Positions 36,966 to 46,659 of a stretch of DNA of 64,000 nt are shown here, piece by piece (position 1 is the first letter of the stretch; every line of letters starts with the position of its first letter). A program made the position numbers and the translations under genes. The stretch comes from Thermodesulfobacteriota bacterium (GTDB taxonomy: Bacteria; Desulfobacterota; Binatia; Bin18): the NCBI GenBank assembly GCA_964291405.2, contig OZ219926.1, forward strand, positions 2,784,001-2,848,000, given 5' to 3'. The notes under the pieces were generated by a model. That model was not told where the DNA came from. It was given only the letters and a program-made list of their open reading frames with translations, and ran no database searches.

Positions 36966-37886
36966 ATGGCACGCTTACGGAGGCTCGAGTACGGGTCCCC
37001 GGTCGACCAGTGGCCCACCACCTTGCGGTTAGGGATTGAGAAGGGATTCTTTGAGGAAGAAGGTCTTGATCTCTCGATCCGGGTCATCTTCGGGGGACCG
37101 CCGCTGGCGGCGGCCTTAGATGCCGGGGAGGTGCAGATTGGCGAGATTGGCTCACCCCCGGGCCTTACCGCGATCAGTCATGGGGCGCAGTTCAAGATTA
37201 TTGGCGGCGGGACACACCAGAAACTACTGTTTTATCTTGGCGTTCGGAGTGACATCCAAGATTTCCAGGGGTTGAAAGGCAAACGGTTTGGCCTGCTCTC
37301 CATGGGGAGCTGCGACGAGTGGGTGGGTCGCGCCATGTTCCTCAAGGGAGGACTGGATCCGGACCGGGATATTACCTTTATCCCCCTCTTGAACAAGTAT
37401 TCCCAGATTCTCTCGTTGATGAAGGAGGGAGAAGTCGATGCAGTACTCGGGGTAGAGCCAGATTTAGCCCTGGGCGAGAGTCAAGGGCTGCTCAGGACGT
37501 GGGCAGGCGCCTACGAAGAGTCCTACCTGCCGCGCTTCCAGTGGTCTATCATTGTTGCGCAAAACGATTTCATTGAGCGCGAGCCCGATGTGATCCAGGC
37601 GCTGCTACGGGCGTACCAGCGTTCGGCCCACTATGCTGCCGAGCATGTTGACGAGTGGGTGGATTTTGTCTCACGTTGGTACCGTATTGATCGGGCTGTG
37701 GCGCAGCGGGCCGTCGCGCGCGACCTTCCCCAATTCCACCTTGACTGCCAGATAGACCTGGTCGGGCTGCAGAAGGTCATTGAGCTCCAGCAGCGGATGG
37801 GCGTCATTACCCGTTCGCTGTCTACCGAGGAGGTTGTGAATCTACAGTTTGTGCCGAATCTAAGTGAACCGGTCGGGGCGCACTGA
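36966..37886 (+). CDS. NMT1/SsuA-like substrate-binding-fold protein
   Basis: GIEKGFFEEEGLD, LKGKRFG and GLDPDRDITF motifs. No clear signal peptide and no adjacent permease. Confidence 0.8.
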   Translation: MARLRRLEYGSPVDQWPTTLRLGIEKGFFEEEGLDLSIRVIFGGPPLAAALDAGEVQIGEIGSPPGLTAISHGAQFKIIGGGTHQKLLFYLGVRSDIQDFQGLKGKRFGLLSMGSCDEWVGRAMFLKGGLDPDRDITFIPLLNKYSQILSLMKEGEVDAVLGVEPDLALGESQGLLRTWAGAYEESYLPRFQWSIIVAQNDFIEREPDVIQALLRAYQRSAHYAAEHVDEWVDFVSRWYRIDRAVAQRAVARDLPQFHLDCQIDLVGLQKVIELQQRMGVITRSLSTEEVVNLQFVPNLSEPVGAH

Positions 37887-37902
37887 CGAGGAGAGATCAC
37901 CC

Positions 37903-38910
37903 ATGAGATTAGGCTTCTGGCCGCCGGTATATGGGAACTGGATTATTTCGACGCAGCCGGAGACACGCAACGCATCGTTCGACTACACAAAGCGGGCAGC
38001 GTTGCTGGCTGAGCGGCTTGGATTCCAGACCTTGCTGCTCGCAGAACACTTCATGAACCCGGTTGCCCCTGAGCTGGAGCAACTCGATGCTTGGACGACG
38101 GCCAGCGCGCTGGCGGCTGTGACAGAGCGGATCGAGATCCTTGCAGCGGTCAAGCCCGGTTTCCGTGCCCCGGGGGTCATCGCCAAGATGGCGAGTAACA
38201 TAGATCATATCAGTCACGGGCGTTTTGCTGTGAATCTTGTCTCGGCCTGGTGGTTGCCGGAGTTTGAAATGCTGGGAGTGCCAGTGCTGCGCCACGACGA
38301 TCGCTATGCGCGTTCGGAAGAGTTCTTGACCGTTATCAAGGGGAGCTGGACCCAGGAGAAGTTCTCCTTTTCGGGGAGGTACTTTACGGTCAAAAATGCC
38401 ACCCTGTTTCCCAAGCCCGTGCAAAAGCCCCATCCGCCAATCTATATTGGGGGAGAGTCGGAGCAGGGGAGGCGGTTGGGAGCAAAGATGGCAGATATTT
38501 TCTTAATCAACGGTCGGCCACTGGGGGAGATTAAGGAGATCATTCAGGATGTCCAAGGACTGGCCGCGGAGCACGGACGCCAGCTTCGTTTTGGGATGTC
38601 TGCCTTTGTCATCTGCCGTGACACTGAGCGGGAAGCACTGGCCGAGTTTGAGCGGCTTGTGGCCCTCCGCAAGGCCGAGATCATTGGTGCAGACAAGGAG
38701 GTGGCGATGTTCAAGACGGTCCCCTACGCAACCCGAGAGGTCGGCACGAATGGAGGAATCGCAGCCGGGCTGGTTGGGACGGCTCCTCAGATTGCCGAGC
38801 GGATGCTAGCATTTGAGGCGATCGGCGTTGAGACCTTTTTGTTGCAGTTCCATCCGGTTCTGGAGGAGCTAGAGCGTTTTGGAGAGACCGTCGTGCCATT
38901 GCTCCGGTAG
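37903..38910 (+). CDS. LLM-class FMNH2-dependent monooxygenase (SsuD/SfnG-like)
   Basis: DAWTTASALAAVTERIEIL, IDHISHGRFAVNLVSAWW, IYIGGES and GLVGTAPQIAER motifs. Confidence 0.85.
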   Translation: MRLGFWPPVYGNWIISTQPETRNASFDYTKRAALLAERLGFQTLLLAEHFMNPVAPELEQLDAWTTASALAAVTERIEILAAVKPGFRAPGVIAKMASNIDHISHGRFAVNLVSAWWLPEFEMLGVPVLRHDDRYARSEEFLTVIKGSWTQEKFSFSGRYFTVKNATLFPKPVQKPHPPIYIGGESEQGRRLGAKMADIFLINGRPLGEIKEIIQDVQGLAAEHGRQLRFGMSAFVICRDTEREALAEFERLVALRKAEIIGADKEVAMFKTVPYATREVGTNGGIAAGLVGTAPQIAERMLAFEAIGVETFLLQFHPVLEELERFGETVVPLLR

Positions 38911-38919
38911 GTAGTCCCT

Positions 38920-40398
38920 ATGGCTGATGTGACAAGCGAATTGACAATAGGCCGTAAAGACTTCGTTGCTGAAGCCAACGCGTGGAGTGACGCCCAATCC
39001 GCTGCCGCTCAGCGTCTTCCAGCCCTGCTTGAGGAGCGCGGTATTAAAACGGTTCGCGTCGCGTACTGCGATCAGCACGGTTTGATGCGCGGCAAAAGTT
39101 TAACCGCACCACATTTCCTTTTAGCTTTGCGTAATGGGGTAACAGAGACGGTCGCCACGCTCGGTATGGATACCGCCAACACGATTTCCTTCCCGCTCTT
39201 TGAGCGTGATGGCGGCTTTGGCTTGGAGCAAATGGGTGGTGTTGGTGACCTCTTACTCGTGCCTGACCCCTCTACGCTGAAAGTCCTACCATGGGCACCT
39301 CAGACCGCCTGGATACTCTCTGACCTATATTTAAAAGATGGCAGCCGCTGCCCTTTTGATTGCCGCCATGTCATGCGTAGCGCTCTCAATGCACTCCAAG
39401 CTGAAGGTTATCACTTTGCCGCCGGACTAGAACTAGAGTTCTATATTTTCGACGTTGAGGATCAACGGCTGGCATTACAGGATTCTGGGCAGCCGGCCGA
39501 GCCGCCAGTGGTGCGTGCGCTCAATCATGGTTATCAATTGCACGGCAGTGGTCAGATCGACGTTCTTGAGCCCCTGGCAGATGAGTTGCGCGATGTAATG
39601 ACTGAACTTGGATTGCCGTTACGGACGATTGAAGTGGAATGGGGGCCGGGACAATTTGAGGTTACTTTTAATCCGCTCGTCGGCCTTGATGCGGCCGATA
39701 CGCTCCTCATGTTTCGCACGGCAACCAAGCATATGATGCGCCGCCAAGGCCGTCTGGCTAGTTTTATGACTAAACCGGCGTTACCCAATATCTATTCTAG
39801 TGGCTGGCACCTGCACCAGTCTTTGCAAGATGCAAACTCGGCCAGCAATGCCTTTACAGCTAATGACCCACAGACGTTGGTGAGTGATACTGGCCGCTAC
39901 TATATCGGTGGGCTGCTAGCGCATGCGGCCGCCGCGACAGCCTTTTCCAACCCAACCATTAATGGCTATAAGCGCCTGAACGCAAACCCTTTGGCTCCGA
40001 ACCGCGCCGTGTGGTCACACGACAACCGGGGGGCCATGTTACGCCTGATCGGTGGATACGGGGCTCCAGACACGCATATCGAGAATCGCAGTGGGGAGCC
40101 GTGCGCGAATCCCTATCTGTATATGGCCTCGCAGATCCATGCTGGCCTTGATGGCCTTCGCCATAAAACGGACCCTGGTGGCCCGATCCAAGATAATCCC
40201 TATGCTCAAACTGATAAGCCACCTCTACCCAACAGCTTGATGCAGGCAATTGATGCGCTTGATCAGTCTGCTGCGCTACGCGCCGGGTTCAGCGACCAGT
40301 TTGTGGACTATTACCTCAAGCTCAAACGATTCGAAATTGCTCGCTTCCTTTCCTATGTGACTGACTGGGAGCATAGGGAGTATTTTGAGCTATATTGA
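38920..40398 (+). CDS. tdnQ: Glutamine-synthetase-like gamma-glutamyl-arylamine ligase (TdnQ/AtdA1-like)
   Basis: DQHGLMRGK, GLELEF, EWGPGQFE, SSGWHLHQSL, IENRSGEPCANPYL and WEHREYF motifs; directly upstream of a Rieske pair. Confidence 0.85.
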   Translation: MADVTSELTIGRKDFVAEANAWSDAQSAAAQRLPALLEERGIKTVRVAYCDQHGLMRGKSLTAPHFLLALRNGVTETVATLGMDTANTISFPLFERDGGFGLEQMGGVGDLLLVPDPSTLKVLPWAPQTAWILSDLYLKDGSRCPFDCRHVMRSALNALQAEGYHFAAGLELEFYIFDVEDQRLALQDSGQPAEPPVVRALNHGYQLHGSGQIDVLEPLADELRDVMTELGLPLRTIEVEWGPGQFEVTFNPLVGLDAADTLLMFRTATKHMMRRQGRLASFMTKPALPNIYSSGWHLHQSLQDANSASNAFTANDPQTLVSDTGRYYIGGLLAHAAAATAFSNPTINGYKRLNANPLAPNRAVWSHDNRGAMLRLIGGYGAPDTHIENRSGEPCANPYLYMASQIHAGLDGLRHKTDPGGPIQDNPYAQTDKPPLPNSLMQAIDALDQSAALRAGFSDQFVDYYLKLKRFEIARFLSYVTDWEHREYFELY

Positions 40399-40408
40399 TC
40401 GGGGGAGA

Positions 40409-41764
40409 ATGCCAATGAGTGTTACCACGCTCGCTAAAAACACACGCAACGCGGTCACTGATAAGTGGGCTTTCCTGGTCCAAGCGGATCGGGTCCACCG
40501 CTCAGTTTACACTGACAGTGATATTTTTAAGCGTGAAATGGTCAACATCTTTGGAAGCGCCTGGGTCTTTGTTGGGCATGAAAGCGAGATTCCCAGCGCG
40601 AATGACTTTGTCACTCGGCGTTTTGGTGGACGCCCCATTATCCTCACCCGGGACCGCGCTGGTGAGATTCATATCCTGCTCAACCGCTGCGCACACAAGG
40701 GGGCAAAGGTGTGTCGGGCCGATAAGGGCTCGGCCAAGATGTTTGTTTGTCCCTACCATGCGTGGTCGTATAATCTCAGTGGTCGGTCTGTATCCGTCCC
40801 ACTGAATGATGCCTACGCACACAATCCCAGCAGCCGCAGGTACAACTTACTCCAAGTGCCACGCGTGGCCACGTATCGTGGTTTTATTTTTGGGACGCTC
40901 AACGCGAAAGCGCCGGATATTGAAACCTATCTGACTGGGGTACGTGGCCCCTTTGACGATTGGATAGATCGCTATGATGGAGGTGAGATTAGAGTAACGG
41001 GAACGCCACGCTATCGGATGGCCGCCAACTGGAAATTCGTCACCGATAATCAAGGAGACGGCTATCATCCTGCCTACTCTCACCTCTCGCTGCTGGCGAT
41101 GACGAGTCAGCGCTATGGGGCCGACCGGGACATGTCGTATTTTGGTGGAAACGTTGATCAGTCCAGGATGTTCGTCAAATGCTTTGAGAACGGCCACTTC
41201 TATGCGGATCAACGCCCGGAGATGTTTGCCGACTCTGCCTGGGCCGTCCAACGCCCGCAACCAGGCCGTGAGCACTATGAAGCAAAGCTGTACCGCCGCT
41301 ATGGTGAGACAGAGGCGAAACGTTTACTTGAACTGGCAATTGGCGCAGGAATGAACCTGACTATTTTCCCCAATCTGCTGCTGATTGGGAATCAGATCCA
41401 ATTGGTTGACCCGATCGCGGTCGACCAGACGGACGTGTGGTGGTTGGCTACCAGCGTCGCGGACTTGCCCGACGAGATTAATACCCTCCGGATGCGGACC
41501 CAGGAAGATTTTCCAATGTTCGGGGAAGTTGACGACGTGGAAAACTTTGAGGCGTGCCAAGAAGGGCTCGGTATCGCAGAAGACGAGTGGGTTGATTGCA
41601 GCCGTCATTTGAACAGTCCGACAGAAGTCCAAGAAGCGGACGGGATACGCGCGCCCGTCACCAGTGATCTGACCATGCGGACCTTTTACCGAGAGTGGCA
41701 ACGTCTTATGCGTAGCGAGGTACACATCGACTTGAGTGATCAGCGTGAGGGAGAGAATGCATGA
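40409..41764 (+). CDS. tdnA1: Rieske ring-hydroxylating oxygenase alpha subunit (aniline dioxygenase TdnA1/AtdA3-like)
   Basis: CAHKG...CPYHAW Rieske motif, DGYHPAYSH Fe site, QRPQPGRE, GAGMNLTIFPNLLLIGNQIQ and RMRTQEDFP segments recalled from aniline dioxygenases. Confidence 0.88.
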   Translation: MPMSVTTLAKNTRNAVTDKWAFLVQADRVHRSVYTDSDIFKREMVNIFGSAWVFVGHESEIPSANDFVTRRFGGRPIILTRDRAGEIHILLNRCAHKGAKVCRADKGSAKMFVCPYHAWSYNLSGRSVSVPLNDAYAHNPSSRRYNLLQVPRVATYRGFIFGTLNAKAPDIETYLTGVRGPFDDWIDRYDGGEIRVTGTPRYRMAANWKFVTDNQGDGYHPAYSHLSLLAMTSQRYGADRDMSYFGGNVDQSRMFVKCFENGHFYADQRPEMFADSAWAVQRPQPGREHYEAKLYRRYGETEAKRLLELAIGAGMNLTIFPNLLLIGNQIQLVDPIAVDQTDVWWLATSVADLPDEINTLRMRTQEDFPMFGEVDDVENFEACQEGLGIAEDEWVDCSRHLNSPTEVQEADGIRAPVTSDLTMRTFYREWQRLMRSEVHIDLSDQREGENA

Positions 41765-42369
41765 GTGCTGCCACCAGTACCAAGCGAAACCTGCTGCGCG
41801 AACAGCCAGGCCCTTCGACCTATGTGAATGATGCGTTGTACGAGCGACTGTTCCGGATTGCCGAGCAATGGTCAGAGGTCGGTCCTACGGTTCCCACCTC
41901 ACAGGCTGCCGTTGTGACTGCTTTGCTCAATCAAGAATGCCGTCTGCTTGATGACGAACGTTTCGAAGACTGGCTCGATCTCTTTGTCGAAGAGTGTGTG
42001 TATTGGATACCGAGCGATGTCGTGCCACAAGACCCCCGGCGCGAAATTACCTGGGAGCTGCAAGACCGGCGGCGCTTGGAAGACCGGGTTGCCCGAATAC
42101 GTACGGGTCAGGCCTTTTCGCAAATTCCACCAACGCGGACCCGACACTGTTTAAGCAATATTGAGATCTGGACGGCTGGTACTGACGAACTACGTGTGCG
42201 CACCAATCTGACCATTCATACCTATCGCAAGGGAGAACAGCAGACGTTGCCGTGCATGGGCGGATATGTGTTACAGCGCCAAGCCAACGACGCTTGGCTT
42301 ATCGAGCTGAAGCAGATTAATCTCATCGACGCGGATCAGGCCCAGGGCAATATTTCGTTCTTCCTCTAG
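41761..42369 (+). CDS. tdnA2: Ring-hydroxylating oxygenase beta subunit
   Basis: ECRLLDDERFEDWL..YWIP, RLEDRVARI, SQIPPTRTRH and GNISFFL motifs; ATGA overlap with alpha. Confidence 0.88.
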   Translation: MSAATSTKRNLLREQPGPSTYVNDALYERLFRIAEQWSEVGPTVPTSQAAVVTALLNQECRLLDDERFEDWLDLFVEECVYWIPSDVVPQDPRREITWELQDRRRLEDRVARIRTGQAFSQIPPTRTRHCLSNIEIWTAGTDELRVRTNLTIHTYRKGEQQTLPCMGGYVLQRQANDAWLIELKQINLIDADQAQGNISFFL

Positions 42370-42377
42370 GGACTCAT

Positions 42378-43127
42378 ATGAAACCTATTCTTATTCTCAA
42401 AACCGGAGAATTATCGCGGCGCATGATCTCGCAATTTGGCCGCGCGGAACAGGCTTTTTTTGATGTGCTAGGAGAAGAACGCTGTGCGGTGGTTGACGCG
42501 CGCAAGGAAACCCTGCCTGAACCGGATTGGGCTGGTATTGTTGTGACCGGCTCGATTGCCTCAGCCAACGATCCTGACCCCTGGATCGTAAAGAGCGAGG
42601 ATTTTCTGAAACGAGCTGCTGACCAGGCAGTTCCGATCTATGGCGTCTGTTTTGGGCATCAACATGTTGCCCGGACGTTTGGGGGTCGGGTTGAAAAAAA
42701 TCCTCGCGGCTGGGAGCTTGGTACGGCAACGGTCTCTTTGACTGAGGAGGGACAGCAGAACGAGCTTTTCTCGTCCGTACCCGAATCTTTTTTGGCTCAA
42801 GAGAGTCATGGAGAAATCGTAGCTGAGCTACCGCCCGGTGCGCGCGTGTTAGCCCATAATGACAACTGTGCCCATCAAGCATTTTCTCTTGACGATCGCA
42901 TCTGGGGTACCCAATTCCATCCGGAATATACGCCTGCGTATATGGAGGTATTGATCGCCCTCCACACCACCGCCCTGCCGCCTGAATCATTTCCGCACTG
43001 GCCTGTTGACGAGCACCCCCTTCAAGACTGGCTGCGCAAAACTGTTCGGAACACACCGGCAGCGCAGCGTTGTCTCACGAATTTTGCCTCGATTGTTATG
43101 GAGCGGCTACGGACGCAGGTAAGATAG
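42378..43127 (+). CDS. tdnT: Class I glutamine amidotransferase-like hydrolase (TdnT/AtdA2-like)
   Basis: VTGS, GVCFGHQ and QFHPE (Cys-His-Glu triad). Confidence 0.82.
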   Translation: MKPILILKTGELSRRMISQFGRAEQAFFDVLGEERCAVVDARKETLPEPDWAGIVVTGSIASANDPDPWIVKSEDFLKRAADQAVPIYGVCFGHQHVARTFGGRVEKNPRGWELGTATVSLTEEGQQNELFSSVPESFLAQESHGEIVAELPPGARVLAHNDNCAHQAFSLDDRIWGTQFHPEYTPAYMEVLIALHTTALPPESFPHWPVDEHPLQDWLRKTVRNTPAAQRCLTNFASIVMERLRTQVR

Positions 43128-43853
43128 GCGCAGGCGGCCGGAGACAATCGCCTTGGTCGCCCGCTTTATGCCGTCCGAGTCATCAACGACCATCCACGGA
43201 CCCGAGTGAACAAAACTCTGTAGCGTTTCACCCCTGTGTATGAGCTGGGGATAGAGCTCGTGGGTTGTACTAAACGCGCGCCCCTCCGGCATATACTCAA
43301 AAATTCGTGGCTCCAACACCTGGCAGCCGGTAAACATGAACCGAGAAAGAGGTTCGTTGATCTCAATCTCGCTCGGCTCGCCTCGAATGCGCCGGACCGC
43401 GCCAGTCCGATCCGTTTCAATTAGGCCATACGTGGCCTCATTGGGATTCGATCTGAGCAGCAAGGTCCCAATGGCATGGGCCTGCTGGTGGGCGGCCAGG
43501 AAGGCGGTCAAATCGAAATCAAGGATCGTATCCGCATTCAAGACCAGAAACGGTTCACCGTCGAGAAACGGCTGGGCGTTCTTGATCCCGCCGCCAGTGT
43601 CCAGGATGGGGTCTTCCGGCGAATAGGTGATCCGCAGGCCGTAGGCACTTCCGTCGCCCAATGCGTCTCTGAGCAGATGCCCAAGATGGTGGAGGTTCAG
43701 CACGACCTCTTCGACGCCGTGGGATTTGACAAACAGGAGGGTGTATTCAATCAAGGGACGGCCGGCGACCGGCACCAGCGCTTTGGGAAGCGTATCCGTC
43801 AGCGGCCGCATCCGGGTCCCGAAGCCGGCCGCAAGAATCATGGCACGCATCAT
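43107..43853 (-). CDS. murU: Nucleotidyltransferase (MurU-like)
   Basis: AMILAAGFGTRMRPLTDTLPKAL and LDTGGGIKNA motifs; paired with an AmgK-like kinase. Confidence 0.8.
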   Translation of the reverse strand: MMRAMILAAGFGTRMRPLTDTLPKALVPVAGRPLIEYTLLFVKSHGVEEVVLNLHHLGHLLRDALGDGSAYGLRITYSPEDPILDTGGGIKNAQPFLDGEPFLVLNADTILDFDLTAFLAAHQQAHAIGTLLLRSNPNEATYGLIETDRTGAVRRIRGEPSEIEINEPLSRFMFTGCQVLEPRIFEYMPEGRAFSTTHELYPQLIHRGETLQSFVHSGPWMVVDDSDGIKRATKAIVSGRLRLSYLRP

Positions 43854-44931
43854 GAGCCGGAGAAGTGCTCTGGAAAATGCTCCGCCAGAATGTCTTGCAG
43901 GTACCGATACTGCGGCAGACGGCCCAACACCCGGCGGATCGTTGCCAGTGTCGGCGGAATATAGCGCGTATAGCCGCTCTTGCCTTTTTCCAGCTCCAGA
44001 TAATAGAAACGACCGACAACCTTACAGGCTTTTTGGAGCAGGCACAGATTATACTCGTCCCACACGTATTCCGGTGCCAGCGAGTCACCGCCAGTGTGGT
44101 GCCACGCCTCGTGGTAGTAATTGACCAGCGCCTCTTCCAACTCCGGGGAGACGACTTCCGGCGTATCCCGGTCATTGAGCAGCGTGGCGAGATCATAGGT
44201 GGCCGGGGCGAGCAGGGCATCCTGAAAATCGATCACCCGGATGTGCTCCTGCTGCACGAATAAATTCCAACTGTGGTAATCGCGGTGGTTGAGAAAAAAG
44301 GTGGCCTGGTCGAGACGGGTGGAGATATCCTCAAAGATGCCACTCAGGGCCTGTGGGTCTCTGTCGGAGAGAGGGACTGCTTGCCGCGCTTGTCCAGGCC
44401 CCACTCGACAAAGTGCTCGAATTCCCACAAGAAGAGGCGCTTATCAAAGCGCTGCTGAAAGGCAATGCACCGCTCGTTTTTCTGACGGGTGCCCTCGATC
44501 TGGATGAGCAGCAACTGGTCGATGGCACGCCGATACCACTGTTCCACCTCGGCTCGGGGCACGTCCTGGACGGCATCACGCAAGGGCAGGTCGCCAATGT
44601 CTTCCAGGAGGAGAAAACCATCCTGATAGCCATCCGCGTAGAGCTCTGGGATACTCACTCCTAGAGGCTCAAGAAAGGCGTGCACGTTGAGATAGGGCAG
44701 CTCCTTGAGGGGTTCGTCGAATACGGCGAGCTCGTCCGATGAGAGCGCGAGACCACTTCCGGCCAGAATCATGACAACCGCCGAGGCCGGGCTGTCACCG
44801 CTCAGAGACAGCCGAACATAACTCCGGCTTGAGGCGTCTCCAGCCAGTGGATCAATCCGCGTAATCTGAGTTTCTCGCCCCCACTTTTCAGCAACGGCAG
44901 CGTCAAGCGCCTGGCGTAGTGTCACATCCAT
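43850..44931 (-). CDS. amgK: AmgK-like anomeric sugar kinase (APH fold), frameshifted near 44355
   Basis: LAGDASSRSYVR and LLEDIGD in one frame; HRDYHSWNL, IDFQDA and YDLATLL in the next. Confidence 0.78.
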
Positions 44932-44941
44932 AGCTGACGAG

Positions 44942-44995
44942 AAAGAATGAACGTGTCCCGCTTTGATCGTGGTGGAAAGGACACGTTCATTCTTT
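44942..44995. repeat. 17-bp inverted-repeat element (variant arms)
   Basis: AAAGAATGAACGTGTCC-N20-GGACACGTTCATTCTTT; perfect pairing with compensatory changes. Confidence 0.85.
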
Positions 44996-45083
44996 GTAAC
45001 AATCGGGTGAGGACTTGTCAAAAATGAACGTCCAGCACCAGCTCTGCGTTGCAAATCGTCTACGCCTGTGATGGAAAAAAGCA

Positions 45084-45314
45084 GTGGACTCTGACCTGGA
45101 TGTCACAGCATTATCGCACGACCAGCTGGTAACTCTGGTCTATGACTTGCGCCGGCAGCTGGCTGCCAGAGAGCGAGAAATCGCCCGGCTGCAACAGTCC
45201 GGTGCCGGGAAGTCCGCGCCGGGCGCTGAAGACCACGATGCGGAAGCAGAGCCGCCGCCCGGTACACAGGCGGCCCTCATGGCTCAGCTCGAGCAGATAT
45301 ACCCCGAAGACTAG
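45084..45314 (+). CDS. Small hypothetical coiled-coil protein
   Basis: 76-aa ORF with a heptad-like segment; no family recognised. Confidence 0.45.
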   Translation: MDSDLDVTALSHDQLVTLVYDLRRQLAAREREIARLQQSGAGKSAPGAEDHDAEAEPPPGTQAALMAQLEQIYPED

Positions 45315-45406
45315 GTCCGCCTTCACTCACAATACGCCCGCGTTCCCCTAATCTCTTTACCCTCAGATATGAAGCGGTTAAGGTAGGGCCGCGGAAGGAG
45401 ACGGGA

Positions 45407-46591
45407 ATGGATTTCAACTTTACCCCGGAAGAGGAGGCTTTCCGGCAAGAGCTGCGTACGTGGCTCCACAGCCATCTGCCTACGGGCTACGATCCTGAGC
45501 GTTTTGACGATATCGACGCGGACGCGCGCTTTGAGTATCAGCGGACGTGGCAAAAGACCGCTCACCAAGACCGTTGGGTGGGTATCCACTGGCCAGAGGA
45601 ATACGGAGGGCGCAACGCCAGCCTCATGGAGATGTTCATCTTCAATCAGGAGCTGCACCGAGTCCACGCCCCGCGGTTTGCCAATACGCTCGGGCTGATG
45701 ATGTCAGGTCCGACCCTGATTCATTGGGGGACTGAGGAGCAGAAGAAACGCTATCTGCCCCGGATTCTGTCTGGCGACGAAATTTGGTGTGAGGGACTGT
45801 CCGAGCCGGATGCGGGATCTGACCTGGCTTCGATGCAGACGCGAGCCGTAGAGGACGGCGACTATTTTGTGGTGAACGGCCAGAAAGTCTGGACCAGCTT
45901 TGCCCATCGGGCGGATTTCATCCAGCTCTTTGTCCGTACCGACCCCGACGCGCCCAAACACCGGGGGATAAGCTGTCTGGCCGTGGATATGAAAACGCCG
46001 GGAGTGACGGTTCGACCGCTGGTCCAGATGACGGGCGATTCCGAGTTCAACGAAGTCTTTTTTGAGGAAGTCCGGGTGCCCAAGACCAATCTGATCGGGC
46101 CCAAAAATGAAGGCTGGAAAGTCCTGGTCACCACCCTGATGCACGAACGCGCCGGGATTGGATCAGGCTTGCCCGTTCACCGTCAGTTCTCCGAGTTGCT
46201 CAAGGTCAGCAAAGAAGTGGAAATCAACGGTCGGCCCGCCTGTGAGGACCCTGCCGTGCGTCAGCAGTTGGCGCAGTTTGCCATTGAATGCAAAGCCATC
46301 ACCTACAATATGTTCCGCAGCTTCAGCAAACGCCTCAAAGGCAATCCGCCCGGACCGGAGGGATCGGTCAATAAGCTCGCCGGCTCGGAACTCAATATGC
46401 AGCTCGCCCGGTTTGCCACCGAGCTGCTCGGACCCTACGCCCAGCTTACGCAAGGCTCACACTACACGATTGATAACGGTCGCTGGCCGCGCGCCGCGTT
46501 GTGGTACCGTTTACTGACGATTGGTGGCGGAACCTCGGAAATACAGAAGAATATTTTGGGTGACCGGGTGCTCGGCCTGCCAAAAGGTTGA
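45407..46591 (+). CDS. Acyl-CoA dehydrogenase (FadE-like)
   Basis: WPEEYGGR, WCEGLSEPDAGSDLA, NGQKVWTS, FNEVFF and IGGGTSEIQKNI motifs. Confidence 0.93.
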   Translation: MDFNFTPEEEAFRQELRTWLHSHLPTGYDPERFDDIDADARFEYQRTWQKTAHQDRWVGIHWPEEYGGRNASLMEMFIFNQELHRVHAPRFANTLGLMMSGPTLIHWGTEEQKKRYLPRILSGDEIWCEGLSEPDAGSDLASMQTRAVEDGDYFVVNGQKVWTSFAHRADFIQLFVRTDPDAPKHRGISCLAVDMKTPGVTVRPLVQMTGDSEFNEVFFEEVRVPKTNLIGPKNEGWKVLVTTLMHERAGIGSGLPVHRQFSELLKVSKEVEINGRPACEDPAVRQQLAQFAIECKAITYNMFRSFSKRLKGNPPGPEGSVNKLAGSELNMQLARFATELLGPYAQLTQGSHYTIDNGRWPRAALWYRLLTIGGGTSEIQKNILGDRVLGLPKG

Positions 46592-46623
46592 GGCTGCCAG
46601 GCCGCACCGTGAATCCATACACG

Positions 46624-46659
46624 AGGAGGCATCAGCATGGGAAAGCTTGACGGAAAAGT
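46624..46659 (+). repeat. 36-bp exact direct repeat (RBS plus first codons), copy 1
   Basis: AGGAGGCATCAGCATGGGAAAGCTTGACGGAAAAGT, identical to 48855-48890. Confidence 0.95.
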
